A stretch of DNA of 64,000 bases from Tubiluchus corallicola (lineage: Eukaryota; Animalia; Priapulida): the NCBI GenBank assembly GCA_030141605.1, contig JAQGDQ010000011.1:248001-312000 (forward strand), given 5' to 3'. Shown in pieces: positions 22,299-34,200 of the stretch; within the stretch, counting starts at the first letter, position 1; the number at the start of each line of letters is the position of its first letter. A model generated the notes under the pieces. It was not told the origin of the DNA. It ran no database searches and worked only from the letters and a program-made list of their open reading frames with translations. The position numbers and the translations under genes are program-made.

Positions 22299-25200
22299 AT
22301 GTATCAGTCGAGGGAAGACGGTAGTTCCCTCAGGATAACTCAGAAGCAGAGACGCAAGAAGAAACGTGCACACTACCGCAACGTGCGGGTTGTGCGACTT
22401 AAACGTGGGAAATCCGGATTCGGTTTCACCATCACCGGACAGCGACCATGCACACTGAGCTACGTTGCCACTGCGAGCCCCGCTGCAGAGAACGGTCTTA
22501 AGCAAGGTAATATGATAATTCCAATTTCTCTGATTTTAGGAAACAATTACATCATATAGTAATTACACGCTGTATCGAGGTGTGTATGTTGTAATATATT
22601 GCATACTGTATGCATACATTATACAAGCTAATTTATTATAAATTATAAGAGTAAAGGTATGACTCCATGCGCACGTATTGCGTGATGCATATACAACAGT
22701 TTATAAATATTTAAATACGTGGAAGATTTCCAGGTGTACGTAATGCGTGATGCGTGATATATATTCACTCGAGCGTGATGGCTATCGTCTGAATAGGCAT
22801 CACGCATTACGCGCACATGGAGTCGTAGCTTAAAGCTTTTTTAAATCAATTGTTTAAATCAAGTTCTGAGCAAGCCACTAATGCAGCTAATATTGTAGGT
22901 GCAACATATTATATTCTATAATACAACATTATAATGCAATAATATACATTATACATACAGCAGTGATTAAGTATTACAGTTTATAAAGCTTTACTATTTG
23001 GAACCTAAACATGTAAATTTTCGCAAGTATACGAACAGCATAGAATTTCTATAAATTCTGAAATTTTCATTCTAATTTTTTTCTAATTGAAATCTCATTT
23101 TGTCACTTATGTAACATTTGAATCGTCCGCTTTGCAAGCTGGGATTCAGATATTCGACTTCAAAGGCAGAGTCTGTACTTAATTCAGATTGTTGCAGCAG
23201 GACTTGAACCTGGCTTGCTATCAAGACAGTCCTCTAAGGTGAGGTACTGAACCTGTAGAGGTGCCATAGCCATGTTGGGATCGTATCCAGCTTGCCTCGT
23301 CATGACAAAAAAACTATGGCACTGATCAGGTCTAGTGTTGTTTAACTTTCAACAAAGCACTCAACTGTTTTTCCTTTTTCCTTGCTTATTTTAGAAATTG
23401 AACTCGTGTTTCTTTTCAGGCGATTATCTTTTATCAATTAATGGCATAAATGTATCGACAGCATCACATGATGATGTCGTATGCCTCATTGGCTCAGCAA
23501 TTGACTATCTTGAGCTGCAGATCGGTGAAAAAGCATCAAACTTTGATGCAACTTCTTCAGACGAGGATGCTGTTGCCAACAGCAACATGAGGCAGGTCAA
23601 CCCTCGCGTCAAACGCAAGCAAATTAATCCTACTAATGGTTAGTGGATTTATTTAATACCTCTGATTAAGTAATTAGACTTTCTTCATAAACTAATGCAT
23701 GCAATTAAATCAGTGTTAATTTTGTTTCCACCTGTAACTAAGAACCCAATTGGCATACGAAAGTCAGCAATCACAAGCATAGAATTAATAGAATAAAGTG
23801 TGTTATGTATAAATGAGTTAGAGAACTGCTGATTGTGATCGGTTACAAAACAGTAATACTAACATGCAGGGCTCTTGTTGCTCAGTAGAAAACATGTGCT
23901 CAGTAGAAAAGAACACTACTACAAAAATTTAAATAATTCGGCCAATGACAAAGAAGCTGACCATGTCACAGAACCACAGTCCTAACATGCGTCAGTAGCT
24001 CAGAAAAATAATTATTATTCAGTTTACTGACAAGTAAATGTAATTTATCTTTGTGAAATCAGCGGTGTCCCTGATTTGTCTTTCACAGTTTTGTTGTGTA
24101 CACGCGCATTTGCTGAAGGTCAAAGGTTAAGTGTACCGCAGCAACACGTCATAGCTACAATTTTTACATGACATGCGTGTAAAACAAAGCCGTCTGTTGC
24201 ACCGGTTCAGTAATTTCAGTTATTTTACGTGGACTTTACTTAATTATGCATTAGTCTGTGCATAGAGTGATTTACTATGAAGATCTTACTTGGAAACAAG
24301 AAAAAATGAACTAGGTAAGAGTCTAGCTAGCTATTAAAACTGTTACTATTACAGTAGCTTGGGCTGCGAGGTGCTATCAGGTGTGCACAAATGTGTTGTC
24401 TGGTACACTTAACCTTTGACCTGTTCACGATCATCATCAATCGCTGAAACTGTGAAAAGGCTTATCTTTTTGGCTACCTTTTGACTGAATGTAATGTGTA
24501 CATTGGATAACTTGAATTTCTGAACAGACATAGGAAAGGCTTGCAGCTCGAAGTGTGAACTCTGTATATAGTGAGGCTGCATCTAGCTGTTGTGAAATTT
24601 TAAAACTGAATGTTCGTTTCAGATACATTGAAAAGTACTCGGTTTTTGGTCTTTTAAGCATTCTGTTGACAGTTTGCGATTTTACTGTTGAGCTTATTTA
24701 CAAATTTGCTTACTGTAGGTATTTAGATAAATGTATTTTTGTTTCTTTTAGTGAGAAAACATCAGAGACACCCTCTAGCGGACAGAAATTACAGTGATGA
24801 CTACAGTGGACGGTCAAGCACTGATTCATTGCGGTATCAACAAATAAACTTGTTGGAGCAACATTGTTTCCAGGACCCACCAAAAATTCCACCCAAACCG
24901 GCCATTTTTAAAAAACCTGCACCAGTAATTTTTCCTAATGCTGATCAGCAGTGTGGTGTGAGTGATGCTAAGGTGGAACTGACAAAATTTGTGCATAAAG
25001 AAGCTGCTCAGCTGTCACCGGATTCTGAACGAGAGGCGTTGATCGCTAAGGGCATAGCTTGTAAGCGGAAGTCTAACAAAGCCGTGGTTGACTTGATGAT
25101 GAAACGTCGAGAGCAGAAATCTGAAAATTTTGGCATTCCCATGCACATCAGCAATCCTACTTACTACACAGTCAGTGCACCAATGCACATTAGCAACCCT

Positions 25201-28200
25201 ACATACGTAAGCGTAGATAGTATTGTTGGCGCTCGGGATCTGAAGAAAAGTCGCAGTGATGCAGCACTTCCCCATGCGAAGCGAAAAAATCGCGAGGCCG
25301 ATTACTCGACCGGCATGTTGCTTCCAGCTTTTCGACCGCGCTCGGCTTCGGAAACTGTTACAACAAAAGAAGTTATGCTACATGTGGTGGTGGGATATGT
25401 CGGGTCGATTGAGATGCCCAGCGAGACTGGCATTCCTGGCGAAAGGTTAAAAGCCATAAAGAGTTGTGTGCGTCGATTGCGAATGGAACGCAAGGTGAAC
25501 ACTTTAGTGCTTATGGAGGTGACTAGTTCCCAAGTACAACTACGGAACACAGACTGCTTTATTATTGCTGTGTACCCAGCTGAGGACCTTGCATTTTGTG
25601 GGGTGTGCCCTGATGATAAGCGGTTTTTTGGCTTAGTCACAATGCACCTTGACAATGAGGAAGGTGGCCAGTTCAGCAGTTCCTGTCACGTTTTTGTCGT
25701 TGACCCGGAACTCCGACCTCACGACCTTCACAAGGAGACGGCATCTTTATTTCGGTTTCGGTGCACTGTGGACCCTGCTACCAGCACTTGTCTAGAGTTT
25801 CCACGTTCTGCAAGCCCAATCTTACGAGCTGTTGCAAAGTTGTATAAACAACCCTGTAATGAAAATAGTCAGAGAGTTAGTACAGATTTAAAAATGCCAC
25901 CTGGAGACAATCTCAGTGTGGAAAGCAGCGACCGTGGTAATTCCCTTGGGGAAAGAATGATTAAGTCAGCACCCAATCTCCGTGAGGTTCAAGGAGGAGA
26001 GTGTGGAAAGCCTTGGTATGAATCATCCCTACCTGATGATGACTTGCACCCTGTGAAAGAGACTATTGCAAAAAAGAGTGAACTTTTGAGTTCTCCAAAA
26101 AATAATGAGGTGGATTTTAATATTGTGGGCAAAACAGTCCGACGGGAGCAAGGATCCAAGAATCAGTCGTCTTTGGGTAGCAGTAGTGGTGTGTCATCCT
26201 TAACCAGCCATGACAGTAGTACCCTCACTGGCCTTCCTTCTCCAATGGAAGTTGCGTCGCCTTCGTCTATGTCTTCTGTTCCGTTCGATGTGAGACCTTT
26301 AGCTCAGAGCACCTCTGCTCAGCTTGACCTGCCTGTTGTCTCGCCACATTACATGAACATTTCTGGAGTTGCCATGGACATTGTCGCATCTGGGCCAGGT
26401 GGATTTTATGAAAACTCTGCACCACCCCTGCAAAGGGGTATGTCTGTCGGATCGGATGATGTATTTGACGAACAAAATAGTGCAGATAATTTGCGGAGAA
26501 GTTTCCGGAAACTCCTGGATACAAGGAAGCGGAGCGACAGGAATGGGTCGGTATTGCCATTGAAACTGACACAGAATGATTGCTCACCTCCAAAATTGCA
26601 GGCGTTCAATAGGTCAATGTCGTCCCCACTTCCATCTTCGAGGAGGGCAACCGTAGATGGTGCTTACACGAGTCGGATCCCCCGGGAGGCTGAGGACAGC
26701 ATGGAGGTAGAAGAGGAAGAAAAACCACACAAAGGAAATGATTCCATCTTTAAACATCCCGGAAAGCTGGTAAGTATTTTTTTGTATTTTTACTTTTACA
26801 CCACATTGACATTTTACATTGGCTAACCCAGGAAGCATTTACATTTCTTAACCTAAGATGACTGGTATTTTTAAATACTGTTGTCTCTAGTACATAGGCA
26901 GCCTTTTGCAATGTAGTGATGGTCACAAAAAAGCCTTGCCGTGTTGGTCAATTTCTGGTTAATTCTTTCTATACTATGCAACAGTGTGAGAAATTTGCCC
27001 TATTGCTTTGTTTTTGTTAAGCACAATAAACAACTTTTTCTAGTACATACTGAGAATAGCTACTAAAATTGTAAAAAAGTTAGTGCAGATACTCTCATTG
27101 ATTATGAAGAGGAAGTGTGTATCTTCTTAACGAGCTTCCAGAAACTGCTGTATAGGTGACCAGTCAGGAATGTACAAATGATTATATATATTGTGTGGAC
27201 TTGACCTAGGAACTTGACACACTTTTGTCTAAAAGAGGTGTTTTCACATAATTAAATGCAAGCAGCAGTCCTGTCTTGGAGGTTGGCTGCAATGTCAATG
27301 ACTTGTTAACATGATTTATATTAAGTGTTAACCATTATCGTCATTGACTACTCCTGTCCATTTGCAAAATCCTGGACAAGCAGAAATCCACATTAGAAGA
27401 AATCTGCTTTTAAGACTCAGCTGGACTACAGTGGCTTGTCAGCACCACTTCCCTTTTTTGTGGTAAACACCAAAAAGCCAAAAAAGCCCTAAATGTAAGG
27501 GGCATGGACAAATAAGACTAGATGCAAACGATATAAAGGTAAAGTTGAAATTTTTGTCTGAAGCTGCATGAGAAAATTCATTGATCTTGACTTCAGAATT
27601 AAGACGTGTAAGAAATAAATCATGTTTTCAAAATTTTCTGTAGTCGATGATCGATTAAGATCACGTGTGTAAGTTGAGAAAGTGTTGTTCCATTTACATA
27701 ATTTGTCTTTTATATGATACATATTTTGCATAGCAGTATTAAAAATTGATAGTAGGTTTATGTAATGAGTCGAAATGTAAACAGTTTGCATTCAGATTTG
27801 TGAAATGGTTGAAAGTCCATGTGGCTACAATATTTAGCTTACACTTGTTCACATCTAACAACTGTCAAAATCTGTAGCATCAAAATTAGTTCCTTAGATG
27901 TCTCATCAGGAATAAGATGTCTCAGAAAAAAATTGCCAAACAGATGTAGAAAACCCAAAGCCCTGCTCTTAGATACTGCTTATTTTATCCAGAGATAGAT
28001 GACTGGTGTTTTGCATATTTCACTAAGCAGGCACCCATCAAACAACTTACTGGAACTAATGTTGCTTGGTTTGATAAACCATTAGCTAAACAATAAAGAA
28101 ATACTTAAATTGTTAAGTATGAATTTACATAATGATGTTTTGCAGTAAGGAGAAAATACTATCGTTTGGCAGGTGTTGAACCAGTTTCTATAAATTCTGT

Positions 28201-31200
28201 TTAAACTGCAACCGTTGGTGCTGCTTCAGTTGTGTTTAAGAGGATGAAGAATTTTTGTTAACAGGCAGCTTTGTGTAATTAAGTCACGCGTCGCTGCTTA
28301 GCCTGCAGGTAACATGTCAGAAGTATGCCGACCGTTATTATGATAATACCCGTGTGCCTGCCATACCCACTGAGCTCTCTGTAACCTTTACACATCAGCA
28401 CTAAACCTTTTGTCTGCAGTGTCACAACAACTTTGCCTTTCACTGCTTCTGTAAAGCACAGAAAATGCGCCCGAATCTTGCCCAGCATATTATTAACAAA
28501 TTAAAAAATATATGTAATTAATGTGTCTAAAGGATGAAATAGCAAACATCTTGTTTTACCAATGCCAGTCACCCTTCCCGATCCACCCAGGGAGTTGATG
28601 GGAGGGGGACGAGATAGAAAGTAGTGAAGGGGACAGGGAGAGAGAGAGAGACCTTGAGGAAGAGAAGGTGGAGGAGGGAGAGGGAGAAAGTGAGCGAGTT
28701 AATGGGAGAGAAGTGAGGTTAGTGATAAGTGACATGCTGATGATTAAATGACAGTGATGTATTAAATGCATTTGAAATCGGCTGTTTCTATGTCGCAGTA
28801 GCCTGGGAAAAATATTTTCGTGAAACGCCCATTACCTAGTAACCTACACTCATAAGCGTTAGAAAAAAAATCACGATTCATTTACGGTAACAATGCCACT
28901 TCCTCAATTTTTAGCAGTTTGAGCTTTTTTTCCATCAGTAGTCTGCGAAGTCTGGTATTGTTAAATTTGTATTTAAAGGAAAAACTGGTCCCACTCTTAA
29001 GCTACAGCTCAAAACAGTCTACCCTACAAAATATTGAAAGGCATTGCGCAATTTTTTAGAATGTCTTACGTGAAAGAATTATTACCACAGAAACGTAATT
29101 TCGCATTTGCGCCACTAGCTCTTCGCTGTTACACGCATTTCGTCAGTCACTAGTTACATGGGCACTAGCGCCTGCATCTCAGAAACATGTTGCACAAAAA
29201 AACAGGTGCTGTACGTCTCAGTTGAGGTGTTCAGTTGTGAGGTAATGCAAACGTTCGAGAGCTGATGCGGCAAACTTGAAGTTTGTATTTTAAACTTAAA
29301 ATTTGGAGGAATTTTTGTATATCACACTGAATGTTGTACAGTAGGGCTGTACTTGAATTTTCGCTTTCGCAAACCTACAACATCCTCATGGAATGCTTAT
29401 GCATTGAAAAATGTATTCATTTGTGATGTCGATTCTAGTTGGCCTCGGCCGCATACAGTTTTTAACCCATTATTTAATTGCCAGGAACGCTTTCGCATTA
29501 TTATAGCTGTTAAAATGAATACTTCTTACCGTACTTTCAAAATGGGGTAAGATATGCAAATTCATCCTGCTTTCGATTAATAACTTTAGTAAATTTCTAA
29601 ATAGATGAGTTGATTATAGTGATCAGATGCTGTATAGTAAGGATGCGAGCTCTTCATGTTAAAAGGTTGGATCTCTGGGAACTGCTCAGTGAATGTCTTA
29701 AGCTACATCTAATATGACTAAACTTTGGTTTAAGCTTGTTTTAATTTTGCATGGATGTTATGCATACCGAGTATACAGGAAGTGGTTGACTGTGACAGGA
29801 ACTTGGCAGTGTCTGTATACTTTCTCAATATATACTTGTACTTGTTAACCCTGTGACTGTGCCTCAAGTTTTATTCATTATATCTATCAAATGAAAAATA
29901 ATTTGGCAGAAGCTTTTTCTCACGGCTGCATTGTGTACAGAATACTGTGCTAGTTCAGGCAAATGGAGAAATTCCTACAATGTTCAAGTGACTGTAAATC
30001 TGGGCTGTTGTTTTGAAGAGGGTGGAGAACACTATGGCACTTTCTCCAAATCCTGTTGGAGAGACCAAGTCGACGTGTTATGGGAATACAGGTTTGAAAA
30101 CTAGCTGTCATGTGGCGGATAGTCGCAGCGGTGGTCTCTTTGTAAGTGTCTTCAATTCACATTTTGTTTTTCGTTGCATTGTCAGAGTTATTGCACTAAT
30201 TTAGATTCAAAAGACATGTAAAGAAAATTGACTGTTCTTTTCACACAGCGTTTTTTACTCACATGCTTATTGTTCACTGCCTAAACTGATCTCGATAGCG
30301 ACAGAGTTTGAATCAAATGTGCACCCAAAAACTGTCAAACCTTCTGAATTGGTATTTTAGGTATACGAATTGCGATTTAAAAGCTAAAACACACACACAC
30401 AGTGAATCTTCCAAGTTCGGTAATTTTTGATGATTTCTCTCCTCTGCTATCTATCTATCTATCTATCTATCTCTCCTTCACCCCTCTCTCTCCCAAATAA
30501 AATAAAAACGAAAGGAAAAGTACAAAAATGAAATGCTCCATTCTTGTTTGATTTTACAAGCTTATTCATTTTTCAACAGTTTTGATAGAGTCTTTCATTT
30601 GCCACTAGCACTAGATGTACCATCTGATTGTTAACTCAAGTCGACAGTTTGATAGCTTGTTGGCTCGTAGGTATACAGTCTCAGATTTGGAAGTGAAAGC
30701 AGTCGCTTGTGCAATAAACGTCTGCCTGACCACCCCCAGTTTTCTTAGGCAACCAAGTTGAACCTAACCTTCCACTACGCAAGCTTCACCCCTTTGATGT
30801 ATAGCTCGCGATGAAAGTATGCTAGTTTTGTTAGTACGTATGGTAAATTTGTTGATACATGTATATTGATTTGTGCTCATAGTAATACTTCCGAAATTGT
30901 CCGAATATTGACGGATTACAATTTACAAGTGTAATCAGGCCTCACCAAAAGTTGGATTTTTTGGGACATAAAACGCTGTTGTGCTACTTTGTTTGGTACC
31001 CTTACACTAGCGGAGCTTTAATCAATTTGTAAAATTACGACTCATGAATATAAACTAAACGTAACACATCGCCTCAAGGCCAAATTTCTTGTCTAGTAAA
31101 CTTGATAAACGATCGTCACGGATCAACATTGAACAGTGTCTATGAATGATATACTTCCTAGTGTAATTGGCAGGCCTTTGTCAGTTAATCACTGTCTTGA

Positions 31201-34200
31201 CGCGACCTAAAACCCGGACTTCGTCGACTTTGTAACGTTGGCTCAATTTTTTGTTTTGCTTTGGCGTTTCTGTTTGAAGAGAACGAACTTTTCTGTTCTT
31301 ATAGTGTCATAAATTCCAGTTTTTCCTTTATAAAAGCGCCCAAGAAATGGGACTGATAATAATTAAAAGAAACAACAAAAAGTGTGACTGTATTTGCTGC
31401 CGGTAACAAATTTAAAAGGCAATATCAAGTATCTGTCGTGCGCTTTTTATTTGTCTTTTATTCAGTCATAATAACATTTCAGATTACTAAGTGACTAGGC
31501 TTATAGTTCAGTGGATGAGAAATTATGGGACGATAACATTCCTGTGCAGGTGAATTTCCAACTTGCACTACTTACTGTTATTATGGCGCAAATAGTTTTA
31601 TCTATAGTGCCTTAATCACTGCTTGTTTAATGAATGCTTTTTCGGCATATGCTGCCATCTTTTTACATGGAATTGAAATTTTCGTCAACTAACACTTCCT
31701 TTCCTCAGTTGTGAAACCGAATTTTTCACGATTTTGCGTTTCATTGTCGTGAACAGGGTTGTGAAGTCGGCACATTAAACTCCCAACTCCGACTCCTAGA
31801 ATTTTAGAAGACCCAACTCAGACTCCAATATCGACTCCTGCCTTCAAATAATAGTTGGTAGTACTCTCAATATATTAGCTACAGTGGCATTTCATCACTA
31901 CCAAGTGAATCATTAGGCTACTTCTTATACTCAAGTTCTCCGAAAGATATTTGCAAAAATAAAAACATAATGTAATATTTTTAAGGCCAAGAGGTATCTA
32001 ACAACTGGTTGTAGTTGCCTAGGGTAAGAAGCGACTACCTAAGCCATGCAATAATAATAATAATAGGCTTTTTACTTTTGCTGATACAATTAACTTAACG
32101 TGACCTAATATACATTAGTAATGGGTATAGTTGTTTAGAAAATAACTGGAGTGGACTTTGTCTATTTTTACCGGCTCCCACACTGGCTTCTTCAGAGTCC
32201 CGACTCAGACCCTAATTTTTAACAACTGCGATTCCACAGCCCTGGTCGCGAATGTTAGTGTCTTATTATATTATATGTATTCTTGACATACTGAGCAGTA
32301 CTTTCGGTTTCTGCTTGTGCCTATGAAATAAATCTTTCAGTCAATAATTATAATAGGTGTGTTTTGTTTACGCTTAGTTACCACACACCTACGCGACCCG
32401 TCATCGCCGGGTTCTCACATCACTCACTCCAGCAGCCACAATTTTGTCCATTTCCTGTCAGTTGAAAGTTTGCCGTGATCCCGATGACGTCATGCGTGAC
32501 GCATGCAGGTGTCATTTCTGTGAAGCGTTGTGCAGCGCGTGTCGGCTGTTAAACGCCAACAAAAAAGTTTATTCGTCGTTTTTTGTCATTAATAACCGAT
32601 CCTGTTCCAATGGGTTGAGTTTTGTTATAGTTTTGGGTATGTCGTTGTTGTTCGTTCTGTGTTCTGTTCCTTGTCTTTCAGCACTTAACATTACACGTGA
32701 TTTGCAGGAAGTTAGTGTAGTTTATTCTCGAGGATGTGATATGAAGTTGTGCTTAGTGACCCATTCGTTACGTCCTTGTTTTATTTACCTCACGAAGACG
32801 TTTGGGTGATTCATTCTATGCGCGTAATTTGCTTGTAGGAAAATTAAAATCTATATTTCTGGAAAGAAATTGGTACCATTTTACGGAAATTTGTGTCTCT
32901 TCTGTCGCGCCAGCAATGTTAATGAAATAATATTAATCGAATTTGAATGACTGCTACGTTTATAACGCCCGGATTTGAAGTTCATAAAATTGTTGAATTA
33001 ATCGCAATACTATTTATAGCGTTGATATTATCCGTGTCGTGATTGGCCTTGCAGTCTACTCACAAGTCACAGCCGTAGGATATTGTTCTATATTCGCAGT
33101 GATAAAGCCCTAGGTCTTCTTAATCCGGCAGGGTATTTTAAAATGTCTGAAAGCTTGCAGTTGATGGTCACTTCCAGAAACAGCAGCAGTAGAAGAAGAC
33201 CGTTGAAATTAAAGATAATCGCGTCTTTTATTCAGAGAATACAGAGGTCCACTTTTCTTAGACAAAGTGGCTAGTGACGGGCAAACTCGTTGTGGACTGC
33301 CGGTTTTGAGATTTGTTCTTGGACGTGTAAGAGAATTGACGTACCCGGCGAGAAAGAGATCCACGTAGTTTCAAACTTTGTGAGCAGAACGCGTACGTGT
33401 CTAGCTTTTTTTTACGAGCTGCTTCAAACTATCTTGTAACATTTACGTGAATCAAGTAACCGTTGTCTAGGCGGAAGCAGATAGTTAAACTTAACTGTTA
33501 CTAATCTGTGTGTAGACGTAATACACGATACCAAGGCCTTAATATTTTTGAACCTGAAAGCCAACCTTCTTCTTAGTGCTACACTTTCAAGATCGATTTA
33601 TTAACTCGCTAAAATACATACGTTGATGCTTCAAGGCGAATTATAAAGTTTTGAGAAAATATTTATAGCTGCAAGCGTGTTGCTGATTTCTTGGTAGTTT
33701 GTTGTTGACGCCTTACTGGTGTCACTGATCTTGAAGATGCTTTTGATCGTAAATTCAAGGATGTGAAAAACGTGAACTGACTAAGAAAAAGTATAATATT
33801 AATTTGTTGTAGCGAGGGTAACATCTGTTACTTGGTTTCCATGTGACCAAACTATACCCTGCACTTACATTGCTCTTTTCTGTGACGTGTGATTCACAAA
33901 GGATTTCTGTAATTCCGTTCGTGCAAAACTCGTAAATTGGATATTTCGTCTTGCAGACTTTAATTATGTTCTTGCTAAAAAAAATTTGGAAAAATACCTC
34001 TCGTCTCGAAGTAGGGTCCAATTCTCATTCCTTTGGGAGGAGTAGAGTCTTACGTTGCCAGGAGAACACTGATCCAAATGAACCAGTGCTGTGGCTCTCT
34101 GACAACACTTTCCGGTCTCCAGATTTTTGCGAAAGTCCCGAAGAGGAGGGTTTTTCATTAAGTTTTGAAGACAGATATGACAACAGTGCCGCTGTTGGCG

